A stretch of DNA of 64,000 nucleotides from Candidatus Heimdallarchaeota archaeon (GTDB taxonomy: Archaea; Asgardarchaeota; Heimdallarchaeia; Heimdallarchaeales; Heimdallarchaeaceae): the NCBI GenBank assembly GCA_021399345.1, contig JAAFKI010000094.1, positions 1 through 64,000 on the forward strand. Direction: 5' to 3'. A program made the translations under genes and the position numbers. The notes under the pieces were generated by a model. It saw only the letters and a list, made by a program, of their open reading frames with translations. It had not been told where the DNA came from and searched no databases. Below are positions 48,786 to 59,174 of the stretch, piece by piece (within the stretch, counting starts at the first letter, position 1; each line of letters opens with the position of its first letter).

Positions 48786-50281
48786 AATAACTTAGACAGT
48801 TTCTTCCCATGCTTTTCTTCCAATCTTTTACGAGATAAGTCATAGAAGAATATCATAACAAGTATTCCACTAATAAAACAAAATGCAGGTACTCCAACCA
48901 GGAGTATTTTAATTCCTATTTTCGCTAATCTTGTTTGAGTTTCAGCACTTGGATCATACTTTGTAGCTTTTAGTATTATGGAAATTAGATATGATTGAAA
49001 AACAAGTGATATTCTTATCGCGAATCCATAAAAACCATAGAAGACTCCTTCTCTTCTTTTTCCAGTTTCTTTTCTATCTTTATCGATAATTTCTGATATC
49101 AGAACATCCGGAACTAGAAGTAGACCAGAGATTGAAAAACCTACAAAAAACATTACTATTAACACTATCCATTGCCAGCCTTGTTTTGCAAAAATTAATG
49201 GAAACAGAGCTGTAGAGAAAATAATTCCACTGACTATATATACAAACTTTGGTCCTTTTTTTATAGATATTTTTGCCCAAATTATAAACGTCAGTAAACC
49301 TACTCCAAATGCAATTCCATTGAAATACGTTTCAAATTGTGCATCTTCCATTAATATCCATTTGTTAACATATCTAACAACTGCCATTAAGGTAAGAAAA
49401 GCAATTTGAGATAAGCTAAAGGTTACCATAAAAGCTACAAAATTTTTGTTTTTCAGAATTGTAGAGAGAGATTTTCTAAAACTAATTTTTTCATTGTTGA
49501 TTATTTTTTCTATCTCAACATTTTCTTCATCTCTTTTTCTTTTATAATCACGAATTCCATAAATAGAAAAAAGAAAACCTACTAGAGCTACGCCAACTAG
49601 AATCATAATTGGAGTTCGATAAGAATCCACATTTCCATATTCTATTAATAACGGAGGAATAACAAGAGCTACTACTGAACCAAGCATATTGAGTGTTTGT
49701 CGAACAGCAGCAGCATGATTTCTTTGTTTATCTGTTTTAAATTTTTCAGGAAAGAGGGAACTCCATGATACGAATACAATAGTGTAAAGTGTATCAAAAA
49801 TTAAGAGAAAAGATAGCATATAAACAAACAAACTAAGTTGTATTGCTTTATTCAAGAAGGGAGCAAACATCTCGAATGGAGAGTAATGCATCCAAACATC
49901 ATATACAACATCCCTCCAAAATAGTGAAAAATTGTTTTTAGTTACAACTGAAACACTTTGATAGGTTAACGTTAAGGGTTGAGGAAGAAACCAGAGTGCT
50001 ATAAAAGCAGCTAATAGTGGTACAAATCCAAAGAATATATATGGAAATCTTCTCCCCAATTTTGTGTTTGTTCTATCTGAAATAGATCCAAAGAAAGGAT
50101 CATTTAGGGCATTCCAGATTGCATAAATTGTAATAACAATTGGAATGAAAATTATGTCTAGCATCACTTCGTCGGTGTAGAAATTGTAAATATTCACATT
50201 CAGAAAATTGATTAAAATTGCAGCAGACATCGATAATGAACAATAAGAAAACATTCCTAGCAATTTCTTTTCTCGTTTCAA
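48782..50281 (-). CDS. MFS transporter, GPH (MelB-like) family
   Basis: NDPFFGSISDRTNTKLGRRFPY, RREGVFYG. Confidence 0.92.
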   Translation of the reverse strand: MKREKKLLGMFSYCSLSMSAAILINFLNVNIYNFYTDEVMLDIIFIPIVITIYAIWNALNDPFFGSISDRTNTKLGRRFPYIFFGFVPLLAAFIALWFLPQPLTLTYQSVSVVTKNNFSLFWRDVVYDVWMHYSPFEMFAPFLNKAIQLSLFVYMLSFLLIFDTLYTIVFVSWSSLFPEKFKTDKQRNHAAAVRQTLNMLGSVVALVIPPLLIEYGNVDSYRTPIMILVGVALVGFLFSIYGIRDYKRKRDEENVEIEKIINNEKISFRKSLSTILKNKNFVAFMVTFSLSQIAFLTLMAVVRYVNKWILMEDAQFETYFNGIAFGVGLLTFIIWAKISIKKGPKFVYIVSGIIFSTALFPLIFAKQGWQWIVLIVMFFVGFSISGLLLVPDVLISEIIDKDRKETGKRREGVFYGFYGFAIRISLVFQSYLISIILKATKYDPSAETQTRLAKIGIKILLVGVPAFCFISGILVMIFFYDLSRKRLEEKHGKKLSKLF

Positions 50282-50327
50282 GATAATACCATGAATGCTG
50301 TTAGTCGTTTAAAAGTTTTCGAGTAGC

Positions 50328-50786
50328 TTATGTAAGAAGTTTCATCACTTCATCTACAGCTTCATGAATTTCCAATGAAGGTTCTTGCATAAATTCGACT
50401 GATTTAGCTTGAGCACCTATAAACAAGAACTCCTTTTTTTGAATTTCAATTAAATCTTTTATCTGAGGTAAAGGAATTGAATGACTTGTTAAAGGTCTTA
50501 TATACTCTGATATATCAGTTGTTACCAACACTGAACCTGGTTTAGCACCATAATTTATAGCATCAATTATCACTACAGCATCATAGATGTCCTTAACTAT
50601 AATTTCTACAAGAAAAACCGATATGTCTTCAACTTCCTCAGAAAAAACATTCGTTGGATAGAATTTAACTAATTTTTCAGCCACCATCAAACCAAATGCA
50701 TCATCTGCTCTATCCCTATTACCAAAACAAAAAAAAGCAATTTTGGAGAGTTCTATATTATGAAAAAAAGGGTGGGAAGGTGACAA
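50328..50786 (-). CDS. hycI: hydrogenase maturation protease
   Basis: GNRDRADDAFG, IIDA, TSHSIP; TTG start directly after the hydA stop with GGTGA upstream. Confidence 0.88.
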   Translation of the reverse strand: MSPSHPFFHNIELSKIAFFCFGNRDRADDAFGLMVAEKLVKFYPTNVFSEEVEDISVFLVEIIVKDIYDAVVIIDAINYGAKPGSVLVTTDISEYIRPLTSHSIPLPQIKDLIEIQKKEFLFIGAQAKSVEFMQEPSLEIHEAVDEVMKLLT

Positions 50787-52076
50787 CTATTGTTTCACCA
50801 ATTTAACCATATGGCAACTACAAGAAATACATGGATCATATGCACGAGCAATCATTTCTAGTTGTAATTCTGTATCTGGGTTATCTTCAGCTAAAAGTTT
50901 ATCTGCAGCTGTTTTGATGAATTCTTCAACATCATCTAAGAACTGTGCAGTAGGAGTAATAATGTCTGCATGGACTATTTTATGATCCTTAATCTCATAA
51001 GAGTGGTACAAAGTTCCTCTTGGAGCTTCCACAGCAGCTGTTCCTTTACCATCCATTTCATAATCAGTTACAATTTCAGAATCTGGCAAAGCTTTGATTT
51101 GCTCTATCAATCCTGGTATTTGTTCAAAACACCAAAGTGCTTCTATTAATTGAGCCATATTGTTGTATATTGGATTAACTTTCCACTTGTCATTATAGTA
51201 TTTGTCAAACTTCTCTTTTGCTTCTCCAGTAAGTCTATCCCCAATGAGTATTAATCTGGCTAATGCACCAACAGTAAATGGTTTATCTTTGTATTTAGAT
51301 CTCTTAGCATAACTGTGTTCAACAACTCGCTCATTGGTCAGTTTTTTATAATCCTCAACAGGATATTTTTCCCCTGTTGAGATAAGAATTGTTTCTCCTT
51401 CAAAGCCAAATTTGCCATCAGCTGGGTTGCAGCACATGAATTGAGTTTCTCTTTCGCAATAATCAGGGATTGGTAATGTTCCCCAAACATCAATGAAAGC
51501 TGAAATCTTTTCCTTAAATTCAACTGCTTTTTCAGCAAAATAATCTAATTCTTCATCAGTTGGATTTCTTCCAAAACCGCCAATCAGAGCATTTTCTCCA
51601 TGGATTTTTCTTCCATGTAGAAGCTTCATCAACTCAGTTGCGTATTTCTTCATTACTACTGCTTCAACTACTGTGTCTGTGTGAGTAGGAAGCATTGCAA
51701 TAGCAGAAGCTTGTTTAAAGAAATCAGGTAGTGCAAGATAGTATACATGAAGCACATGGCTTTCTATAATTTCTGCATAATGCCAAAGATGTCTAAGTAA
51801 TTGAGTTTTTTCTGGAACTTTTACTTTGAGAGCTTTTTCAATCGCTCTAATTGAAGCATTTCTATGAGATACTGTACAAATTGCACAAATTCTAGCTACT
51901 AAAGAAATGTTTTCATGAATAGTTTTACCTCTAACAAGGGCTTCTATCATTCTTGGTCCCTCGAAAATATTCACAAGAACTTTGTCTACTTTTCCATCTT
52001 TTGAATAAACTTGAATTCCTCCATCCCCTTCAACTCTAGCTAATACATCTACACTAATTGTTTTTTCACCCATCAT
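50787..52076 (-). CDS. hydA: [NiFe] hydrogenase large subunit, group 3b (sulfhydrogenase alpha)
   Basis: ARVEG, RICAIC, EAPRG, AYDPCISCSCH plus short extension. Confidence 0.93.
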   Translation of the reverse strand: MMGEKTISVDVLARVEGDGGIQVYSKDGKVDKVLVNIFEGPRMIEALVRGKTIHENISLVARICAICTVSHRNASIRAIEKALKVKVPEKTQLLRHLWHYAEIIESHVLHVYYLALPDFFKQASAIAMLPTHTDTVVEAVVMKKYATELMKLLHGRKIHGENALIGGFGRNPTDEELDYFAEKAVEFKEKISAFIDVWGTLPIPDYCERETQFMCCNPADGKFGFEGETILISTGEKYPVEDYKKLTNERVVEHSYAKRSKYKDKPFTVGALARLILIGDRLTGEAKEKFDKYYNDKWKVNPIYNNMAQLIEALWCFEQIPGLIEQIKALPDSEIVTDYEMDGKGTAAVEAPRGTLYHSYEIKDHKIVHADIITPTAQFLDDVEEFIKTAADKLLAEDNPDTELQLEMIARAYDPCISCSCHMVKLVKQ

Positions 52077-52867
52077 TTTTCACCCTTTAAAGCTAGCTCT
52101 GTAGCTTTACCTCCAAACATCATCAGCTTCCTTTTCGCATCTTCTTCAGTTAAACCAATTTCAACCAACTTCTCAATCATTGATTCAAAGTTTGCTCCTT
52201 CGTATGCTCCAAAGCATCCAACACAAGGAACTCCAAAGTTAGGACAACATGCATCACAACCTCCAGCTGTAACTGGACCTAAACAGAATTTTCCGTGTAA
52301 CAAGAAGCAATCATTTTCTTGGAATTTGCATTCAACGCATACAGGATAAGGATATTTAGTAGGTTTTAAGCCACTTATTAATTTAGTATATATTGGAATG
52401 AAATTTTCCTTGGCAATTGGACAACCTGGAATAGAATAATCGACTTCTATGAACTTATGGATAGGTTCTGCAGGTATTGGATTTCCAACTAATTCACTGA
52501 ATTCAGGAATCTTTCCATCTTTACCATATACAAGAAGCATCCTTTCTTTGAATTCTTTCTCGTTATCACCAAGATATTGAATTCCGCCATGAGTTGCACA
52601 GGTTCCAAGAGCTACAACAATGTCTGCCTTTTCTCTAATTTTTTTAAGTTCTGCAAGCTGTTTATCAGTGTTAATGCTGCCTTCAACAAGAGCAATATCT
52701 ACATGATCAACCTCTTGATGAGATTGAGCCATATGGAAGAATTTTATATCGGCACTTGTAAAGAAATCAACTAATTCGTCTTCCATGTGAAGAATAGCTA
52801 GTTGATCTCCAGCACAACCTGAAAATCCAAAAACTCCAACAACAGGTTTCTTTTCTCTTTGCCACAT
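52073..52867 (-). CDS. hydD: group 3b hydrogenase small subunit (delta)
   Basis: GCAGDQ, GTCATHGG, PGCP, CVEC, CLGPVT, PCVGC. Confidence 0.9.
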   Translation of the reverse strand: MWQREKKPVVGVFGFSGCAGDQLAILHMEDELVDFFTSADIKFFHMAQSHQEVDHVDIALVEGSINTDKQLAELKKIREKADIVVALGTCATHGGIQYLGDNEKEFKERMLLVYGKDGKIPEFSELVGNPIPAEPIHKFIEVDYSIPGCPIAKENFIPIYTKLISGLKPTKYPYPVCVECKFQENDCFLLHGKFCLGPVTAGGCDACCPNFGVPCVGCFGAYEGANFESMIEKLVEIGLTEEDAKRKLMMFGGKATELALKGEK

Positions 52868-52868
52868 T

Positions 52869-53722
52869 TTAGATCAGCTCCTTTATATGCTGAACATCAT
52901 AAAATGTGAAGACTGGTCCTTCTAAACACGTATATCGACCGCCTATGGCGCAATGCCCACAATGCCCTTGTCCGCATTTCATCCTTCTTTCTAAAGTCAT
53001 CAAAATCTGGTCTTTTGGTATTTTCAGCTTAAGTAACTCTTGAATAACATATTTATACATGATTGGTGGTCCACAAATTATAGCTGTCGTTTTCTCGCTG
53101 ACTACTCTATCTGTAATCTTAGGGAATAATGTAGTTACAACACCTTCATGGTAAGGCCATTCTCCAGTATCATCTTTATCAACAGATAAATGGGATTCTA
53201 TGATCCCTCTTTGAGCCATAGCTATGATATCCTCTCTATATAACATATCAGCTGGACTTCTAGCGCCATTCAAGAAAAATACTTGATTAAATTCTTCTCT
53301 TCTGTCTTCTACGTAAAGAAGCACCGATCTTAATGGAATAGCTCCCAAACCACCTGAAATAATTATCAGATCTCTTCCCCTTAGACTCTCCATGTTAAAT
53401 CCATCTCCATAAGGACCTCGTAAATGGACTAAATCCCCTACTTTTAGTTTGAATAAAGCTTCTGTAAATGAACCTACTTTTCTCACTCCAAATTCAATGA
53501 AATCTGTTCTTGTTGGTGGGGAGGATATTGAAAATACTGCTTCACCAACACCTGGTAAAGACATAATTGCAAATTGTCCTGGTTTGTAATTTTCTTCCAC
53601 AATGCTTTCATCTAAGAATTTAAACTTGAAATATCTTGTATCTTCTGTTAAATCCTTCATAGCAAGAATTTTTGCTGGTTGTGTTACGTAAGAATGATCT
53701 CCTTCTCTAGTTGTTATTGCCA
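52869..53722 (-). CDS. hydG: group 3b hydrogenase FAD/NAD(P) subunit (gamma)
   Basis: PGQF, RGPYG, GGLG, CGPP, MKCGQGHCGHC..C. Confidence 0.9.
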
Positions 53723-54766
53723 TTATTCACAAACCTCCTGATTTTCACATACTTCTTCATACAATGCTTTAGAAACTGTTATCACATTGATATCTACTGG
53801 ACAATAGGTTACACATCTTCCACATCCAACACAGCTTGGTTGTCCCCATCTCCCAATGTATTCTTTCAATTTGTGAGTGTAATATAATTTCAAACGAGAA
53901 GTTCTGTCTGGTCTGAAATCATGTCCACCTGCAACCATAGAATAACAAGGAAGTGTACAACTATCTAGAATTCTTTCTCTAAATCCATCTTCTGTGTTCA
54001 TACTTATTCTATCTTCAACATTGAAGCAATTACATGTTGGACATACTAGACTACATGTTCCACAAGATAGACATTTTTCGCCAAATTGATCCCATACTTT
54101 ACTATCGTAATTCAGATGAATTATGTCCGCTAAGTATTTGAACGAAGGTATTTCGCTCTTGAACATTTCTGACCTCTTTTGTTGCCATCTTACGTATTCC
54201 TGAATCTCTTCTTCTGAAATTTCTTCAGTTAGAATGTCTTCATTTTCGATTGCAATACTAAGACCTTTATCTGATCCTACCCACACAAGATAATGGTCAG
54301 CTAATTCAGTAAAGAACAAATCAAAACCGTCCTCTACCATATCAGTACCTGTTGATTGACAAATGCAATTTTCATCAGGTAAGCACGAATGACCTATTAT
54401 TATCAGATTATTTCTTCGTTTTTCGTAATATGGATCTTTAATGTTCCCTAGGAATAATCTATCCAAGATTTTAATTCCATGAATATCACAGGGATGTACT
54501 CCAATAACTATTTGAGTTTCATCACTGACAAACACATCAGTTTGACCAGACTTATCATAACGAAGAGTTTGATATCTAGGTGGTGTAAGGAATTTTTTTG
54601 GACCTATTACTGTCCTTTGATAATCGAAATCAAGATCTTCAAATTTCTCGATTTCTTCAAAGGAATATTTCCCGTTTCCCTTTACTGGTCCATAGAGCTG
54701 CCCTTTAGTTTTTATTTTCTCAATGAACTCTGGAAACCTATCCTTAGACATCTTATAAGTTTTCAT
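53723..54766 (-). CDS. hydB: group 3b hydrogenase Fe-S subunit (beta)
   Basis: HPCD, CLSCGTCSLVCPTCNC, CVGCGRCVTYCP; start MKTYKM at 54766. Confidence 0.9.
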   Translation of the reverse strand: MKTYKMSKDRFPEFIEKIKTKGQLYGPVKGNGKYSFEEIEKFEDLDFDYQRTVIGPKKFLTPPRYQTLRYDKSGQTDVFVSDETQIVIGVHPCDIHGIKILDRLFLGNIKDPYYEKRRNNLIIIGHSCLPDENCICQSTGTDMVEDGFDLFFTELADHYLVWVGSDKGLSIAIENEDILTEEISEEEIQEYVRWQQKRSEMFKSEIPSFKYLADIIHLNYDSKVWDQFGEKCLSCGTCSLVCPTCNCFNVEDRISMNTEDGFRERILDSCTLPCYSMVAGGHDFRPDRTSRLKLYYTHKLKEYIGRWGQPSCVGCGRCVTYCPVDINVITVSKALYEEVCENQEVCE

Positions 54767-54789
54767 GTCAAGAGAATTTTTAAAATTAT

Positions 54790-54798
54790 ACTTATAAG
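54790..54798 (-). promoter_or_regulatory. TATA box of the hyd operon (probably leaderless)
   Basis: CTTATAAGT about 24 nt upstream of ATG 54766. Confidence 0.5.
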
Positions 54799-55132
54799 GT
54801 AATCTATAGGGATATCTTCTGAAAATGGAGAATTTTAGAGAGATGCAATAAAGTAATTTTGAGTTTAACTCCAAGATTTTTGATATTTGCAAAATTTTCA
54901 AAAAAGTACTTATCTGTGTGAATTTTTGACACATAAATTAATACAAAACTTAGTTATTAGTTGTTTGAAATATGTATTAACAATATGTATGATACCTTGT
55001 ACAATTAGTTTAAAACTACCTTTAACAGCCTATAAGTAACAACAAATGTTTGTTTAATTATTCAAACGTTTTATTTGTAAGAAAAACTTATAACACATTA
55101 TATAGATGATTTATTAATAAAACATTGATAAA

Positions 55133-55262
55133 ATGCTTGAAAGAGCATCCTATACCCACTTTATAATACAAGTCACCTTTGTATTATAAGCCCTATAATT
55201 TCTTTGTTCCTTTGTTACTTCATTAGATTTACTAACCTCTATTACCTCCTAAAGGTGAATAA
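55133..55262 (+). promoter_or_regulatory. structured 5' leader of the mvh-flx-hdr operon
   Basis: GAAA-tetraloop hairpin 55133-55148, 11-bp hairpin 55161-55189, SD AAAGGTGA 55251-55258. Confidence 0.5.
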
Positions 55263-56276
55263 ATGAATAAAAAAGAAATTGAAGAGAATAATAGTTCTAA
55301 TAGTAATAGCAAGTTACAGATAGCATTTTATTGGGCTGCCAGTTGTGGTGGTTGTGAAATCGCTGTACTAGATATAAATGAAAAAATCTTGGATGTTGTT
55401 GCTCTTGCGGACATTCTTTTTTGGCCTGTAGCGTTAGATTTCAAGTATAAAGATGTTGAAGAAATGAAAGATAATCAGATAGATGTCTGTTTCTTCAACG
55501 GATCAGTTAGAACTTCTGAACAAAAATATCTAGCAGAATTACTTAGAAAAAAATCTAAGACTATGGTAGCTTTTGGTTCGTGTGCTGTTGCAGGAGGTAT
55601 TCCAGGTCTAGCTAATTTAACAAGTCGTGAGGAAATATTTCGTGTTGCTTACCTTGAGAATCCTTCTACCGCTAATCCTCAAGGAACCGTACCTAAAACT
55701 GAAGTTGAAGTAAAAGAAGGGATTTTGACTCTTCCTGAATTTTACGATGAGGTTAGGAGTCTCAACCAAGTTATTGATGTTGATTATTATTTGCCGGGGT
55801 GTCCTCCTCATCCTGATTTGATTATGACAGCTATTGAAGCTATAGTAGAAAACAATCTTCCTGAAAAAGGTTCAGTAATTGGGCCATTAAAATCTGTTTG
55901 TGATGAATGTAGATTTGAAAAATCAGAGAAGAAAATAGATTCCATTAAAAGAATTTACGAGCTTGAAACAATAGAAGATAAGTGTCTTCTAGAGCAAGGA
56001 ATTATTTGTTTAGGACCTGCTACACGTGGGGGGTGTGGTGCACAATGTCTAGATGCTAATATGCCCTGTACTGGATGTGGAGGACCAGCTCCTAATTCTA
56101 TTGATCAAGGTGCAAGTATGATGTCTGCTTTGGCTTCTATACTTGGACTAGAAGGAGAAGAGGAAATGAAAGAAGAAGAAGTAGAGAAGCTAATTGAACA
56201 AATAGTAGACCCAGTTGGTACTTTTTACAAATATGGCTTACCAACTGCTATAATCAATAGGAAGGCGAAAGAATGA
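55263..56276 (+). CDS. mvhG: F420-non-reducing hydrogenase small subunit (group 3c)
   Basis: WAASCGGCE, FGSCA, PGCPP, VCDEC, CLGPATRGGC, DPVGTFYKY. Confidence 0.93.
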   Translation: MNKKEIEENNSSNSNSKLQIAFYWAASCGGCEIAVLDINEKILDVVALADILFWPVALDFKYKDVEEMKDNQIDVCFFNGSVRTSEQKYLAELLRKKSKTMVAFGSCAVAGGIPGLANLTSREEIFRVAYLENPSTANPQGTVPKTEVEVKEGILTLPEFYDEVRSLNQVIDVDYYLPGCPPHPDLIMTAIEAIVENNLPEKGSVIGPLKSVCDECRFEKSEKKIDSIKRIYELETIEDKCLLEQGIICLGPATRGGCGAQCLDANMPCTGCGGPAPNSIDQGASMMSALASILGLEGEEEMKEEEVEKLIEQIVDPVGTFYKYGLPTAIINRKAKE

Positions 56277-57742
56277 CAAAAACTATTACAATTGATCCAG
56301 TAACAAGATTAGAGGGACACGGAAAGATAGTTATTTTTCTTACAGAAGAAGGAGATGTTGATAATGTTTATCTACAAATACCTGAGTTAAGAGGATTTGA
56401 ACGTTTTTCACAAGGAAGAAGAGCAGAAGACATGCCACAAATAACCTCTAGAATATGTGGTGTTTGTCCAGTAGCTCATCATTTCGCTTCAGCAAAAGCA
56501 TTAGATAGGGCTTTCAATGTCGACCCTCCTCCAGTTGCTAAAAAACTCAGAGAATTAATGTATTGTGGATATTTTATTTATGATCACATATTGCATTTTT
56601 ACTATTTAGGAGGGCCAGATTTTGTTGTAGGTCCAACTGCTCCAGCTGCTAAGAGAAACATATTAGGAGTCATTGAAAAAGCTGGAATTGAAATTGGGAA
56701 AGAAGTTATTAAACACAGAGCTTATGGACAAAAAATTACTGCTATCTTAGGTGGTAAAGCAACTCACCCAGTCTGTGGTTTGCCTGGAGGTGTATCTAAA
56801 TCACTTTCTTCAGATGAAGTTGCGGAAATCAAAACTATGGTCAAATCTTGTGTAGACTTTGCTCAATTCTCACTGAAACTCTTTGATGATATCGTTCTCA
56901 AAAATGAGGATTATGTTAATCTCATTCTAAGTGATCCTTATACTTTGAAGACTTACAACATGGGTTTGGTAGACGAAAACAACAAAGTAAATTTCTATGA
57001 TGGATTAATTCGTGTAACTGATACTCAAGGAAAAGAGTTTCTCAAATTTGATGTCAATGACTATTTCCAACATATAGACGAACATGTTGAAGAATGGAGT
57101 TATATTAAATTTCCATATCTGAAAAAGATTGGTTGGAATGGTTTCACTGATGGTCAAGAAAGCGGTGTTTATAGAGTAGGACCACTTGGAAGGTTAAATG
57201 CAGCAGATGGAATGGCAACTCCTTTAGCAGAAGCAGAAAACAAAAGGATGTATGAAACTCTAGGAGGAAAACCTATCAATTCTACATTAGCTTTTCATTG
57301 GGCAAGACTAATAGAACTATTATATGCAACAGAAAGAGCTCAAGAGCTGATAAATGAACCAGATATCACTTCCAAAAAAATCAGGAACCCAGTTGGACAA
57401 CCTGGTGAAGGAATAGGAGTAACTGAAGCAGCTCGGGGAACACTTATTCATCATTATAAGCTAGATGAGAAGGCTTTAATCGAAAAAGTAAATCTAGTTG
57501 TAGCTACAACTAATAATGCTGCAGCAATTAGTATGTCTATCAGAGAAGCTGCTAAAGGACTTATCAAGAAAGGGGTAGTCAATGATGGATTACTCAATAT
57601 GGTAGAAATGGCATTTAGGGCATATGATCCTTGTTTTGCATGTGCTACGCATTCACTTCCAGGTCAAATGCCTTTGGAAGTACAGATTTATTCACATGAA
57701 AAAAAATTACTCAAAACCATAAGGAGAGAAGATTCAAAATGA
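56273..57742 (+). CDS. mvhA: F420-non-reducing [NiFe] hydrogenase large subunit (group 3c)
   Basis: TRLEGH, RICGVC, EAARG, AYDPCFACATH plus extension. Confidence 0.93.
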   Translation: MTKTITIDPVTRLEGHGKIVIFLTEEGDVDNVYLQIPELRGFERFSQGRRAEDMPQITSRICGVCPVAHHFASAKALDRAFNVDPPPVAKKLRELMYCGYFIYDHILHFYYLGGPDFVVGPTAPAAKRNILGVIEKAGIEIGKEVIKHRAYGQKITAILGGKATHPVCGLPGGVSKSLSSDEVAEIKTMVKSCVDFAQFSLKLFDDIVLKNEDYVNLILSDPYTLKTYNMGLVDENNKVNFYDGLIRVTDTQGKEFLKFDVNDYFQHIDEHVEEWSYIKFPYLKKIGWNGFTDGQESGVYRVGPLGRLNAADGMATPLAEAENKRMYETLGGKPINSTLAFHWARLIELLYATERAQELINEPDITSKKIRNPVGQPGEGIGVTEAARGTLIHHYKLDEKALIEKVNLVVATTNNAAAISMSIREAAKGLIKKGVVNDGLLNMVEMAFRAYDPCFACATHSLPGQMPLEVQIYSHEKKLLKTIRREDSK

Positions 57743-58191
57743 CCGCAACTGAAACAAAAACTGAAATGGAGGAGTTTGAACCTAATATAATAGGTTTCTT
57801 ATGTAATTGGTGCAGTTATGCTGGAGCTGATTTAGCTGGAACCAGCAGGATACAATATCCCCCCAACATTAAGATTATCAAAGTGATGTGTTCTGGAAGA
57901 GTAAATCCAATGTATGTTGTTAATGCTCTTCAACAAGGAGCTGATGGTGTTTTAATCGGAGGTTGTCATCCTGGTGATTGTCATTATCAACATGGCAACT
58001 TGTTAGCTAGACGACGAATGGCAATTCTGAAGAATCTTCTGGAATTCATTGGGATAGATTCGAGGAGGGTTCGAATGACCTGGGTTAGCGCAGCTGAAGG
58101 TAGGAAATTTGCTGAAGTAATTAAAGAAGTTACTGAGGAGATAAAAAAGATTGGTCCAATGAAAGATATTCAGAGGGTGAATGAATGGTAG
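57739..58191 (+). CDS. mvhD: [2Fe-2S] MvhD/FlxD subunit
   Basis: FLCNWCSYAGAD, MCSGR, GCHPGDCHY. Confidence 0.95.
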   Translation: MTATETKTEMEEFEPNIIGFLCNWCSYAGADLAGTSRIQYPPNIKIIKVMCSGRVNPMYVVNALQQGADGVLIGGCHPGDCHYQHGNLLARRRMAILKNLLEFIGIDSRRVRMTWVSAAEGRKFAEVIKEVTEEIKKIGPMKDIQRVNEW

Positions 58192-59168
58192 ATCAGCAAC
58201 TGCTTATAGAGGAAGTTAAGAAAGTTGTATCACGTGATGATGTTAAATATGTTATTGGCTATAAGAAAGGAACATCTGGTTTTGCAATAAGTCCAGCATT
58301 TGCTTATTCCACTGAATATGCAGATAAATTCATCTTTAACCCCTTATGCAAAAAGAATCTTGCTGCTTATCCCCTCTTAGAAGATAAACTTCCTTTGAAA
58401 CGAGGAGAAGAAGAGGATAAAAGAAAGATAGGCATTGTTGTAAAAGGGTGTGACTCTCGAGCATTGGTTCAGATTATCCAAGAGAAAGGTCTTAAACGTG
58501 AGGACTTAGTTATTATTGGCATTCCGTGTTCAGGTATTATTGATCACAAGAAAATTACAGCAAAATTCCCCAATGAAACATCTTATTCTGCGATAGAAGA
58601 AGAGCAAGGATTTTATAAAATTACTATTAATGGAGAAGTTCATGAAATTGCTAAAGAGGAACTGTTAGCCGATTACTGTACTAGTTGTATTGCTCCTAAT
58701 CCTGTAATTTATGATGTACTTATCGGGGAAGAGGTTGAACCTTGGAATTTAGAAGAGCATAAGAATCTTGATGTTCTAGAAGAAAAAGATGTTGGAGAGA
58801 GATGGGAATACTGGAAAGAACACTTTGATAGATGTATTCGATGCTATGCCTGTAGAGAAGCATGCCCATTGTGTTATTGTAAGGAATGTATGGCTGATCT
58901 TCTTAATCCTCAGTGGATTAGACGATCTGTAAATCTATCAGAAAATACTGCATGGAATATTATGCGAGCATATCATCTAGCAGGACGTTGCGTAGGGTGT
59001 GGAGAGTGTGAATCTGTTTGTCCTGTAAACATCCCTCTTATGGAACTAAACAAAGAGATTGAGAAAGACGTGAAAAATATGTTTGAATATTCTGCAGGTA
59101 TGGACTTGGAAGAAAAACCGTTGTTTGGTACCTTCCGACCTGATGATCCCGAGGAGTTTATTATGTGA
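58185..59168 (+). CDS. flxC: FlxC/FdhB-like 4Fe-4S dicluster protein
   Basis: KGCDSR, CIRCYACREACPLCYC, HLAGRCVGCGECESVCP. Confidence 0.8.
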   Translation: MVDQQLLIEEVKKVVSRDDVKYVIGYKKGTSGFAISPAFAYSTEYADKFIFNPLCKKNLAAYPLLEDKLPLKRGEEEDKRKIGIVVKGCDSRALVQIIQEKGLKREDLVIIGIPCSGIIDHKKITAKFPNETSYSAIEEEQGFYKITINGEVHEIAKEELLADYCTSCIAPNPVIYDVLIGEEVEPWNLEEHKNLDVLEEKDVGERWEYWKEHFDRCIRCYACREACPLCYCKECMADLLNPQWIRRSVNLSENTAWNIMRAYHLAGRCVGCGECESVCPVNIPLMELNKEIEKDVKNMFEYSAGMDLEEKPLFGTFRPDDPEEFIM

Positions 59169-59174
59169 GGTGTT

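Noticed and set aside
54767-54934. 56-aa N-terminal extension of HydB in the ORF track
   Set aside because: It runs through the TATA box and promoter; family similarity begins at MKTYKM (54766).
55008-55016. GTT-n3-AAC as a definite SurR site
   Set aside because: Six fixed bases occur often by chance in AT-rich DNA, and no SurR gene is seen. Kept only as a generic inverted repeat.
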